Assembly: GCA_009694365.1 (NCBI GenBank)
Contig: SHVE01000005.1
Coordinates: 20,175-84,174 of the forward strand
Direction of reading: 5' to 3'
Length of the DNA stretch: 64,000 nucleotides
DNA from: Thermoleophilia bacterium
GTDB lineage: Bacteria > Actinomycetota > Thermoleophilia > Miltoncostaeales > Miltoncostaeaceae
Below are positions 9,665 to 18,271 of this stretch, one piece after another. The notes below the pieces were generated by a model, which saw nothing but the letters and a program-made list of their open reading frames with translations, did no database searches and was not told where the DNA came from. A program made the position numbers and the translations under genes. The first letter of the stretch is position 1. Every line of letters begins with the position of its first letter.

Positions 9665-10107
9665 TGCGGCGCTGGCTCGCACTCGGTATGGCCCTCGTGG
9701 CCGTGGGGGCCCCCGCCGCGTCGGCCTTCGCGGTGACGGCCATCGAGATTCAGCGTGAGGTCCGGTGCCCCACGTGCAACACCCCGCTCGACGTCTCCAA
9801 CTCACCGGCGGCGCAGGCGATCAAGGACTTCATCGCGGTGCGCGTCCAGAGGGGTGAGTCGAAGGAGCAGATCTTGGATTCACTCGTGGACGAGTTCGGG
9901 CGGGAGGTTCTGGCCACGCCGCCCAAATCGGGGTTCGACCTCGTGGTGTGGATCGTGCCCATCGTTGTGTTGATCGGAGGTCTCGGGGCGATTCCGGTGG
10001 TCACCCGGTCGTGGGCGCGCAGGCGACGCACGGACGACCCGCCCACCGAGATCTCCGCTGAGGAGCGGGAGCGCCTCGAGGACGAGCTCCGGCGTCACCC
10101 GGGGTGA
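9661..10107 (+). CDS. ccmH: Cytochrome c-type biogenesis protein CcmH/NrfF family
   Basis: Signal peptide, VRCPTC (RCxxC) motif followed by LDVSNSPAA...IKDFI, and a C-terminal TM helix. The start overlaps the upstream stop. Confidence 0.75.
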   Translation: MMRRWLALGMALVAVGAPAASAFAVTAIEIQREVRCPTCNTPLDVSNSPAAQAIKDFIAVRVQRGESKEQILDSLVDEFGREVLATPPKSGFDLVVWIVPIVVLIGGLGAIPVVTRSWARRRRTDDPPTEISAEERERLEDELRRHPG

Positions 10108-10111
10108 CCCG

Positions 10112-11008
10112 ATGAGCGGCGAGGTCCACATCGGCACCGCCTCGTGGACCGACCCTGAGTTCATCAGTGCGGGGTGGTATCCCGACGACGTGAAGAACGA
10201 CGCCGAGGGGCGGCTTCGGTACTACGCCTCGCGTTTCCCCATGGTCGAGGTCAACGCCACCTTCTACGCCCTGCCCCGTCGTACCACCGTGGAGGGGTGG
10301 GCCGAGCGCACCCCCGACGACTTCCGGTTCCACGTGAAGGCCAATCAGGTCATCTCGGGGCACACCTCCGACCCGGCGCGCCTCCCTGCTCCGTTGCGGG
10401 CACTGCCGTACGAGGCCGATCGCCAGGGGCGCATCCGCAGGCCCTCGCGGGAGCTAAGGGACGCCGTGATCGACGCCTTCGTGGAGGTCCTCGCGCCGCT
10501 GCGCCCGAAGATGGGTGCGGTGCTGTTGCAACTGCCACCGCACGTCGTTTCGGGTGCCGACCAGCGCGCCGAGATCGCGCGGATCATCGAGCGCCTGAAA
10601 CCCCTTCGCACGGCCGTGGAGTTCCGGCACGTGTCGTGGGCGGACGAGGCCGAGCGGGAGGCCGCCGCCGACATGCTGGGGGAGCGGGAGGCCGCGTGGG
10701 TGTGTGTGGACGCCCCGCGGATCGACGCTGCGAGCGCCATGCCGCCGATCGTGGAGGTGACCTGCCCCGATCTGGCGTATCTCCGCCTCCACGGGCGAAA
10801 TGGCGACACCTGGCAGGGCAGTCGCACGGTGGCCGAGCGCTTCGATTGGCAGTACTCCGACGATGAGCTCGCGGAGTGGGTGGGCCCGGTCACCGACATG
10901 TCCGAGCGTGCTCACGAGGTGGCGGTCGTCTTCAACAACAACCACGGCGACTTCGCTCTGCGCAGCGCAGCGAGGTTTGGCGACCTGCTCGCGGAGCGCA
11001 GGAGGTAG
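10112..11008 (+). CDS. DUF72 (YecE-like) family protein
   Basis: IGTASWTDPEF N-terminus, YASRFPMVEVNATFYALP and LLQLPP motifs, all typical of DUF72. Confidence 0.75.
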   Translation: MSGEVHIGTASWTDPEFISAGWYPDDVKNDAEGRLRYYASRFPMVEVNATFYALPRRTTVEGWAERTPDDFRFHVKANQVISGHTSDPARLPAPLRALPYEADRQGRIRRPSRELRDAVIDAFVEVLAPLRPKMGAVLLQLPPHVVSGADQRAEIARIIERLKPLRTAVEFRHVSWADEAEREAAADMLGEREAAWVCVDAPRIDAASAMPPIVEVTCPDLAYLRLHGRNGDTWQGSRTVAERFDWQYSDDELAEWVGPVTDMSERAHEVAVVFNNNHGDFALRSAARFGDLLAERRR

Positions 11009-11375
11009 CGCGGACGAGGGAGAGGGGGACGCGTCCGGCGCACCCCGGCAACGGGGAATGTCGTGCGCGGTGGGGTGTCCGTTTGGTATCTCAACGAGCC
11101 CGGGGGAACCGGAATCGACCCCACACACACGGCACGGTGAATGGGGTCGACCTGATGCGTCGGGCGCGAGTCATCCCCGTCACCCGCTCGGGGAACGCAT
11201 CCGCACTGCCCATCGGCGTACTGCGGGTGTCGGTGCGCGTGCGGGGCCGTGCCGGGCATTCCGCATCGACCGACGGGAGGGTGACCCGAACCGGTTGGTG
11301 TGGACCCCATCCGCTCGTCGTGGCATCCTTACGCTATGTGACGCTGTCAGTGGCGTTCGATCCGGAGGACACCGT

Positions 11376-11696
11376 ATGCTCACCCTCACCCCCGTCGCAG
11401 GGGACAGGCTCAGGCAACTCATCGAGGACGAGGCCGACCCCGGCTCGGGCCTCCGTGTCACCGTGGTGCCCGGTGGGTGCTCCGGGTTCGAATACGCCAT
11501 GACGTTCGATCAGGCGCACGACGACGACGAGGTCGTGGAGCAGTACGGCGTCCGGGTCATCATCGACCGCCTCAGCGTGCCCTACCTCCTCGGGGCGGAG
11601 TTCGATTACGAGGAAGGCTTCCAGGGCGCCGGCTTCCGTATCAACAACCCCAACTCCACGGGGTCGTGCGGCTGCGGCAAGTCGTTCACGGCCTGA
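11376..11696 (+). CDS. Iron-sulfur cluster insertion protein, HesB/IscA/ErpA family
   Basis: GGCSGFEY plus C-terminal SCGCGKSF cysteine motif. ATG at 11376 is preceded by GGAGGA. The upstream part of the long ORF (from 10800) is not protein-like. Confidence 0.85.
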   Translation: MLTLTPVAGDRLRQLIEDEADPGSGLRVTVVPGGCSGFEYAMTFDQAHDDDEVVEQYGVRVIIDRLSVPYLLGAEFDYEEGFQGAGFRINNPNSTGSCGCGKSFTA

Positions 11697-11700
11697 CCGC

Positions 11701-12888
11701 GTGAGTACCCCGGTCATCGCGGGGGCGGTTCGTACGCCCATCGGCGTGTTCATGGGGGCCCTGTCGTCCGTGCCCGCCACGGACCTCGGTGCCGTCGTCA
11801 TCCGCGAGGCCCTCGTTCGCGCGGGTGTGGCACTCGCCGACGTGGACGACGTGCTCATGGGGTGCATCTTCCAGGCGGGGTTGGGCCAGGGACCGGCACG
11901 GCAGTCGGCGATCGCCGCCGGACTACCGGCGTCCGTTCCGGCCGCCACCATCAACATGCTCTGCGGCTCGGGGCTGCGGGCAGTGGGGATGGCGGCCCAG
12001 GCCGTACGGTCGGGCGACGCCGAGGTGATCGTGGCCGGAGGAATGGAGAACATGAGCCGGGCACCGCGGGTGGTCACCGGGACGCGCGAGGGGACCCGTC
12101 TCGGTGACCTCGCGCTCAGGGATGCGCTCGTTGACGACGGCCTGTGGTGCGCCATCACCAACCAGCACATGGGATCGACTGCGGAGCGGGTGGCCGAGCG
12201 GTTCGGTATCTCGCGCGAGGATCAGGACGCCTTCGCGGCGGAGAGCCAGCGGCTCGCGCACCTCGCGGCCCAGCGTGAGCACTTCCGTGAGGAGATCGTC
12301 CCGGTGTCCGTGCCTCAGCGTCGTGGTGATCCGGTCCTAGTGTCCACCGATGAGCACCCCCGTCCCGACGCAACGCTCGAAAGCCTCGCTGCGCTTCGGC
12401 CGGCCTTCGAGCCCGAAGGCACCGTGACGGCGGGCAATGCGTCCGGTATCAACGACGGCGCCGCAGCGATGGTGGTTCTCTCGGAGGAGCGGGCCGCCGC
12501 ACTTGGCGTGAAGCCCATGGCCCGCATCCTGGGCTACGCCTGGCACGGGGTGGAGCCCGAGATCATGGGCATCGGCCCCGTGCAGGCGGTGCGCATCGCT
12601 CTGGAGCGCGCCGGGGTGGACGATGTGCGTTCGGTCGAACTGTTCGAGGTGAATGAGGCCTTCGCCGCGCAGGCACTGGCGGTACAGAGGGAACTCGGCA
12701 TCGGTCGTGAGGTGCTCAACGTCAACGGCGGCGCCATCGCCCTCGGTCACCCAGTGGGAGCGTCAGGAGCCCGGATTTTGGTGACGCTGCTCCATGAGAT
12801 GCGCCACCGCGAGGCGCGGCTTGGCGTGGCCGCCCTGTGCGTCGGCGGTGGTATGGGTGTGGCCATGGTGGTGGAGTCGGCAGGCTGA
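11701..12888 (+). CDS. Acetyl-CoA acetyltransferase (thiolase II)
   Basis: Active-site context NMLCGSGL, C-terminal [17 protein letters not shown] and [10 protein letters not shown]. Confidence 0.9.
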   Translation: MSTPVIAGAVRTPIGVFMGALSSVPATDLGAVVIREALVRAGVALADVDDVLMGCIFQAGLGQGPARQSAIAAGLPASVPAATINMLCGSGLRAVGMAAQAVRSGDAEVIVAGGMENMSRAPRVVTGTREGTRLGDLALRDALVDDGLWCAITNQHMGSTAERVAERFGISREDQDAFAAESQRLAHLAAQREHFREEIVPVSVPQRRGDPVLVSTDEHPRPDATLESLAALRPAFEPEGTVTAGNASGINDGAAAMVVLSEERAAALGVKPMARILGYAWHGVEPEIMGIGPVQAVRIALERAGVDDVRSVELFEVNEAFAAQALAVQRELGIGREVLNVNGGAIALGHPVGASGARILVTLLHEMRHREARLGVAALCVGGGMGVAMVVESAG

Positions 12889-13240
12889 CCTCGGGGGGCG
12901 GGTCACATCCCTCCCCCAGATCTCATAACGGTGGGACCGACGCAGGGGTAACTCCATCTCAGTAATCTCGCTCGCGTTCGCCGGGGGAATCGTGGCCACC
13001 GTGTCATCGAGCCCCCGATGAACTCACGGCGGCTGATGTTCACCAGCGGACTCGGTCGGTCGTCAGGCCCTACACGGGCCAACTCAGGTTCGAACTCAAC
13101 AGTGGGCACACCCGCACTGACCTTGCTCGCCCGTGTCGCGCTCAGACTGCGCGCACTTCCCACCGCGCTCGGGCACAACCGACTGATCAAGCGACCGGGA
13201 GGTCATCTCGCGCCCGGCACTCGCTCAGGACGATTCGGAA

Positions 13241-13828
13241 TCACCCGCCAGAACGCGGAGCGCGCGGCCGGGGCCAGGGACGCCCCGGGATCGACAAAAC
13301 CGGGGTGAACTGTGTGGTGGTTGGGAGCCCTATGGCCCGGGCACTGGTGAGAACGACACGCCGGATCGTTTTCACCCCGCGCCCTCTGAGCGCGAAGGCG
13401 CGCGAGGCGACTTGGCGGGGGGCCAGAGTGGTGATTGGCACGCACGCACTGGCGCCGAGGAGGATGGTGCCCGGCGGCGTGGTCACAAACACGGTCCCGG
13501 CGGGGAGAGTCAGGCACAGGCGCACGCTTCTGGCAGCCGCCCGTCCGGTGTTGCGGGTGCTGAGGGTGAGGCGTATCGCAAGCGCCCCACCAACGCTCAC
13601 GCTCGGCGTGCGTACGCTCAGCGCGAGGCGCGTAGTCGGGGTCGGCAGCATGGCGGTTTGAATGATGTCCTTGGTGCCGTTGGAGCGGGACCACACCGCC
13701 GTCACGTTTCCGGAGGAGTTCACCGCAACCTCGGGGGCAGTGGCGTCCTGCCCAACCACGGAGAGATCCACGGGCGTGCTCCACGCGCCGAATGAGGCCA
13801 TCGGCGTGGAACATCCAAGTTTCCTCAC
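13241..13828 (-). pseudogene. C-terminal fragment of a secreted/surface protein (DUF11/CARDB-like beta-sandwich region). No signal peptide or credible N-terminus.
   Basis: Protein-like translation: W-STPVDLS...APEVAVNSSGNVTAVWSRSNGT repeat-type segment, then LTLSTRNTGRAAARSVRLCLTLPAGTVFV (a VxNxG...LP.G pattern). It begins abruptly where the adjacent polymerase-like frame ends. Confidence 0.35.
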
Positions 13829-14096
13829 CGTCGGGGTCGACGGCCGCGCCCAGATCCTCGAGACGGGTGGTCACGCGATTTACGGCGATGCGCGTGGCAT
13901 CCGGGTCGGGCACCACGAAACCGAGGGCGGGGCAGCGCGCGAGGGCCTCTCCCACGCGTATCCCGGGACGCACCCCATCGCCCCACGCGGCCGGTGTGCA
14001 CTGGCCGACGATCTGTGAATCCCCCGGAGCGGGACCCATGGCCACCGGGTCATTCCACGGCACTCATCAAGGGGGCACGCGCGTTACGCCACGCAC
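13829..14096 (-). pseudogene. N-terminal fragment of a Y-family polymerase / ImuB-like gene, interrupted by two in-frame TGA codons
   Basis: Translation VRGVTRVPP-stop-stop-VPWNDPVAMGPAPGDSQIVGQCTPAAWGDGVRPGIRVGEALARCPALGFVVPDPDATRIAVNRVTTRLEDLGAAVDPDGEE. This follows the N-terminal pattern of ImuB/DinB-like proteins (V.ac...A...GVrpGm...A.alCP.l.vv..Dp......f..v...le...p.ve). Only about 90 of the expected several hundred residues are present. Confidence 0.35.
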
Positions 14097-14118
14097 CCCC
14101 GTGATGGTGGTCGTGCGG

Positions 14119-14448
14119 TTAGTCCCGGGTGTTGTTCGATCCGGAGTCGTCGTCCATGTCCTCGTCGTCCATGTCCTCGTCGTCCATGTCCTCGTCGTCC
14201 ATGTCCTCGTCGTCCATGTCCTCGTCGTCCATGTCCTCGTCGTCCATGTCCTCGCCGTCGCTGGCATCATCACCGGCCCCGGTGCTGATCGATCCGGAGT
14301 CGTCTGCGGGTGCCGTGGAGGTGGTGGCGGTCGTCTCGGCGGCCGACGTCGAGTCCGATCCGCCGCAACCGGCAAGCACCCCGCCCCCGGCAACGAGAGC
14401 GAGTGCGGCTGCTCCTGCGGCCATCCGGCGCGTCATCATGCGGTTCAT
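14119..14448 (-). CDS. Small lipoprotein with an extremely acidic (DEDMD)n tandem-repeat mature region
   Basis: ATG at 14448 is preceded by AAGGGA. Signal peptide MNRMMTRRMAAGAAALALVAGGGVLAGC has an LAGC lipobox. The mature part is Ser/Thr/Ala-rich, then GEDMDDEDMD(x6-7)DDSGSNNTRD. Confidence 0.7.
   Translation of the reverse strand: MNRMMTRRMAAGAAALALVAGGGVLAGCGGSDSTSAAETTATTSTAPADDSGSISTGAGDDASDGEDMDDEDMDDEDMDDEDMDDEDMDDEDMDDEDMDDDSGSNNTRD
14144..14263. repeat. 15-bp in-frame tandem repeat: GTCCTCGTCGTCCAT, six perfect copies plus degenerate flanking copies
   Basis: Perfect copies run from 14159 to 14248, with degenerate units on both sides. They encode the MDDED repeat of the lipoprotein on the minus strand. 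Confidence 0.95.
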
Positions 14449-14532
14449 CTGATGTCCCTTCGTGGTGGTCCCGGGCCTACGTCTGGGGTATGCAGGCAAT
14501 GGGGTCTATGCCACAACGTCCGTCATGTCGGT

Positions 14533-15189
14533 CTAGGCCCGGGGGTTGTTCCAGTGATCGTCATGCACGAGCGTCCGCCACGGGCGCCGCTTGGCGGCCA
14601 TCGCGGGCGGGAGGCCGACGGGGAATTCGGTGGGGTATCCGAGTGGGGTGATAACGGGGATCTCGCACTCGGCCGGGATGTTGAGCAGCGCCCGGAACTC
14701 CTCCTCGGCGTACCAGTGGAACACGGTGGGGACGGTGCCGAGGCCACGGGCGCGGGCAGCGACAAAGAGGTTCTCCATTGCGAATCCCACGGATACGAGG
14801 TCGGCGACGCGCTCCCACTCGGCCTGATCGTCGGGGAACGCGTGCCGCGGCACGACCATCCCGACGATCCACACCGGCACCTGGCGGTAGTTGCCGAGTA
14901 CCTGCTCGGCAAACCCACGTGCCCACTCGGCGTGCTCGTCGGCACTCACATCGGGCGCCGCGGGACGGACGGTCTGGAAGTACTGCGCGCCACCGCGGAT
15001 GACAATCTCAGCCACGGCCGTACGGATGTCAGGGTCGCGTACGACGACGAGGCTCCAGGCCTGCGCCATACCGCCGGTGGGGGCGAGCAGTGCGAGGCGA
15101 AGAATGGCGTCGAGGTCCGCGTCCGCCACGGGCTGATCGGTGTACGAACGAACGCTACGCCTCAGGCGGATTGCCTCATTGGCGTCCAT
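14533..15189 (-). CDS. Nitroreductase family protein
   Basis: N-terminal AIRLRRSVRSY and LLAPTGGMAQAW motifs. ATG at 15189 is preceded by GGAGG, and is preferred over the TTG at 15207. Confidence 0.8.
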   Translation of the reverse strand: MDANEAIRLRRSVRSYTDQPVADADLDAILRLALLAPTGGMAQAWSLVVVRDPDIRTAVAEIVIRGGAQYFQTVRPAAPDVSADEHAEWARGFAEQVLGNYRQVPVWIVGMVVPRHAFPDDQAEWERVADLVSVGFAMENLFVAARARGLGTVPTVFHWYAEEEFRALLNIPAECEIPVITPLGYPTEFPVGLPPAMAAKRRPWRTLVHDDHWNNPRA

Positions 15190-15237
15190 GGGACCTCCCC
15201 GTGTCAACCGGGGACCGTCTGCCCCGACCCGCGTACC

Positions 15238-18177
15238 CTACGTGGCGGTGGTGGCTGTGGGGCGCGACGTCGGTGCGAGGGCGATGCGGACGCGCTCCTG
15301 GAGGCGTTGCTCCAACGTGGCGCGGGTGGCCGCGGGGCTGTCCTTCACGGTCGACCACAGCTTGAGGGGCTTGGCATCAAGCGACAGGTTGGCGATCAAC
15401 CCCGCCGCGGCAGAGTCGGGCAGACCAACGTACGACCCTGCCGGGATCTCGAGTGTCACCTTCTCGCCCCCGTCGAGGCCGGTCCAGATCGCGCGCTCCA
15501 GTAGGTGTCGGGCAACGGTGCCGTCGGCATCCGCGGTGCCGCGCTTCGTGCGTGGGGCGGTTGCCTTTCGTCCCGCCACCGGTGAGAGCCCGGCTGCAGC
15601 GGGGTCGGCGGAATCGGTGCGGATCTTCTGCCGGGCCTCGTCTACCGTCATCTCGTGGTCCAAATCGCGCGACGTCTTCCAGATGACGTATCCGCACCCA
15701 CGGTTGCGCGGGCTCTTCCACGAGTTGCACCCGTAGGTCTTCGGGCGATCCACGATCATGCCGCCGCACCCCGGCACCGGGCACTCGGCCACCGGCGCGC
15801 GGGGGGGCGTGGCGTTGGTCTCGCCGCGGGCCACCATGCCCGTGGCCTCCTCCGGAGTCACTTCACCCTGCTTGCCGCGCACACGCTTCCAGATGACGTA
15901 TCCGCATCCGGGCTCCGCCTTGCTCGTCCACGACGTACACCCGTATGAGCGGTTGCGGTCGATGATGTCGCCGTCGCAGCCATCGGTGGGGCACACGCCG
16001 ATGACCTCGCGGGCGGCCTCCAAGTCTGTGCTCTGGGTGCCAGCGGCGATGTAGGTGAGGGCCTGCTCCATGGTGATCGTTCCACCACTGGACTGCTTCC
16101 ACAGGGTGTACCCGCAGCCGGGATCGGCCTTGCCGTGGTAGCTATCGCACGAGTAGCTCTTGCGCTGCTCCACGATGTTTCCCGAGCAGGTAGTGCCGTC
16201 CGGCAGGGTGAGCGGACAGGGGGCGACGACTGTGCGCGTGACGCGCAGATCGTCACGACCCTTGTCCGCGAACCATTCCACCACCTGCCGCGTGAAGGAC
16301 ACGATCTCGTCATGAAAGTCACTTCGCGCCGCCGCGCCGCGCTGGACCTCGTTGAGCTTTTGCTCCCAGCGCCCGGTCAACTCCGGGCTGGTGAGCAGGT
16401 GGTCGCCCAGCATCGAGATGAGCCCGATCGCCTTGTCGGTAGCGCGGAGTTGCTTGCCCTCTCGCTCGACGTACTCGCGGTCGATGAGGCTCTCGATGAT
16501 GTTCGCGCGGGTCGCCGGAGTACCGAGCCCGCCATCCTTCATGGCCTCGGCGGCCTCGTCGTCCTCCACCAACTTGCCGGCGGTTTCCATCGACTTGAGC
16601 AGGCTGCCTTCGTTGTACCGGGCGGGAGGCTTGGTGCTCTTGGCGTGAACGGTCGCCATCGCGCAGGTGAGCCTCTGACCCACCTCGAGCGACGGCAGGG
16701 TGCGGTCGTTCGCCTCCTCCTCGCCGTCCTCGTCGGCGGCGGCGACGGCCGCCGCGACCTGCTTCTCCACCCGATAACGGCGCATGGCGTCCACGGCGTA
16801 CCAACCGGGCTCCACGATCACCGTGCCGCTACTGCGGAACGTGTGTCCCTGGACATCGGTGATGACCACGGTGTCCTTCAGTTTCGCCGGTGGCAGGAAC
16901 ACCGCCAGAAACCGCCGGGCCACCATGTCGTAGATGCGACGGGCATCGCCTCCGAGGCGCGAGAGATTGTGCACATCGTCGGTGGGGATGATGGCGTGGT
17001 GGTCGGTGATCTTGGCGTCGTTGACTACGCGCCCGAGCGGCAGGCTTGCAAGCGCTCGCGCGGAGCGCGCCGCGTCGGCGTACTCCGGCGCGGCGGCTCC
17101 CACTCGGTCCACAACCGACGTCAACTGCCCCACCATGTCGCTGCTGAGGTAGCGCGAACTGGTTCGCGGATAGGTGAGCACCTTGTGCTCGTCGTAACAC
17201 GACTGCGCCGCTTTCAGGGTGCGGGTGGCACTGAACCCGAAGCGCTGGTTGGCGTCGCGCTGCAGGGCCGTGAGGTCGTACAGAAGGGGCGCAACCTCTT
17301 GGCGGTGCTTGGCGTCAACCGAGCGCACCACGCCTGCAGCACCCGACACGGTGGCCGCGACGCTGTCAGCGGCCGTGCCGGGGACGATGCGATCCCGGTG
17401 CTTCTTGCCATCCGGCCCGGTAAACCACAGGGCCGGATGCGTGCCGTCCACGTCGTTCCAGACGGCGGGCAGATCAGAGTCGGCACCGGTCAGGAGTGCG
17501 TCGATCTGCCAGTACTTCTGAGGCACGAAGGCGGCAATTTCGAGGTCACGCCGAGCGATCATGGCGAGGGTCGGGGTCTGGACACGGCCGAGCGACAGCA
17601 CGCTCCGCATGGATCCGGCGCGCGTCGTTGCCGCGCGGGTTCCGTTCATCCCCACCAGCCAGTCGGCCTCGCTGCGTGCGTACGCGGCGTCCTCGAGCGG
17701 GATCATGTCCGCGTCGGGGCGGAGCGCACCGAACGCATCCCGGATGGCCGATTTCGTCATAGAACTGAACCATGCGCGTTGCACGGGTTTGTCGCGAGCC
17801 CTCTTCGATGCGCTCTGCCGAATGAGCTTGAAGATGAGCTCGCCCTCGCGCCCGGCGTCACAGGCGTTGACGATGGTGTCGACGTCGTCGCGGTTCATGA
17901 GTGCGTGCAGCGCGGAGAGCTGCTTGCGTGACCTCGCGTCGCGGGCCTGATACCGGAACGTCTCGGGGATGATGGGTAGATCCTCGTACGTCCACTTCTT
18001 GAAGCGGACGTCGTAGGCCTCCGGGGCCACCTGCTCGAGTAAGTGGCCCACGGCGTGGGAGACGACCCAGTGGTCGCTCTCGTAGGCGTCACCCGTCTGC
18101 GTGAACGTCTCCGGCAACGCCCCGACGACATCACGGCTGACCGAGGGTTTCTCGCAGATGACCAGTTTCTTGCTCAC
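15238..18177 (-). CDS. topB: Type IA DNA topoisomerase (topoisomerase III-like) with three C-terminal zinc-ribbon repeats and an extra C-terminal domain
   Basis: Toprim N-terminus LVICEKPS and GHLLE. Active-site TYPRTSSRYL. Three repeats of CP..C.G.I(V/I)...(K/R)SY.C.S(W/Y)......GCGY.(I/L)WK at aa 653-694, 729-764 and 799-834. An unassigned tail of ~125 aa follows. Confidence 0.85.
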   Translation of the reverse strand: MSKKLVICEKPSVSRDVVGALPETFTQTGDAYESDHWVVSHAVGHLLEQVAPEAYDVRFKKWTYEDLPIIPETFRYQARDARSRKQLSALHALMNRDDVDTIVNACDAGREGELIFKLIRQSASKRARDKPVQRAWFSSMTKSAIRDAFGALRPDADMIPLEDAAYARSEADWLVGMNGTRAATTRAGSMRSVLSLGRVQTPTLAMIARRDLEIAAFVPQKYWQIDALLTGADSDLPAVWNDVDGTHPALWFTGPDGKKHRDRIVPGTAADSVAATVSGAAGVVRSVDAKHRQEVAPLLYDLTALQRDANQRFGFSATRTLKAAQSCYDEHKVLTYPRTSSRYLSSDMVGQLTSVVDRVGAAAPEYADAARSARALASLPLGRVVNDAKITDHHAIIPTDDVHNLSRLGGDARRIYDMVARRFLAVFLPPAKLKDTVVITDVQGHTFRSSGTVIVEPGWYAVDAMRRYRVEKQVAAAVAAADEDGEEEANDRTLPSLEVGQRLTCAMATVHAKSTKPPARYNEGSLLKSMETAGKLVEDDEAAEAMKDGGLGTPATRANIIESLIDREYVEREGKQLRATDKAIGLISMLGDHLLTSPELTGRWEQKLNEVQRGAAARSDFHDEIVSFTRQVVEWFADKGRDDLRVTRTVVAPCPLTLPDGTTCSGNIVEQRKSYSCDSYHGKADPGCGYTLWKQSSGGTITMEQALTYIAAGTQSTDLEAAREVIGVCPTDGCDGDIIDRNRSYGCTSWTSKAEPGCGYVIWKRVRGKQGEVTPEEATGMVARGETNATPPRAPVAECPVPGCGGMIVDRPKTYGCNSWKSPRNRGCGYVIWKTSRDLDHEMTVDEARQKIRTDSADPAAAGLSPVAGRKATAPRTKRGTADADGTVARHLLERAIWTGLDGGEKVTLEIPAGSYVGLPDSAAAGLIANLSLDAKPLKLWSTVKDSPAATRATLEQRLQERVRIALAPTSRPTATTAT

Positions 18178-18271
18178 GGGGCGGGCACCATAGCACCGGC
18201 TCCGAGCGCGGAATCACTCCCCGTGGTGCCGCCTCGCGCACGTGCGCGTGACACACGCACGTGCGAACCGG

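Noticed and set aside
13085-13115. GGTTCGAACTC resembles a tRNA T-loop. It could be a tRNA gene or an attachment-site copy marking an island boundary.
   Set aside because: No complementary T-stem, acceptor stem or anticodon arm can be drawn on either strand. It does not match the 3' halves of the tRNA-Glu or tRNA-Gln genes at 20.7-20.9 kb.
14144-14263. The regular 15-bp repeat array might be a CRISPR-like or contingency locus.
   Set aside because: The units are contiguous with no spacers, are only 15 bp long, and lie in frame inside a lipoprotein ORF. It is a coding tandem repeat, not a CRISPR array.
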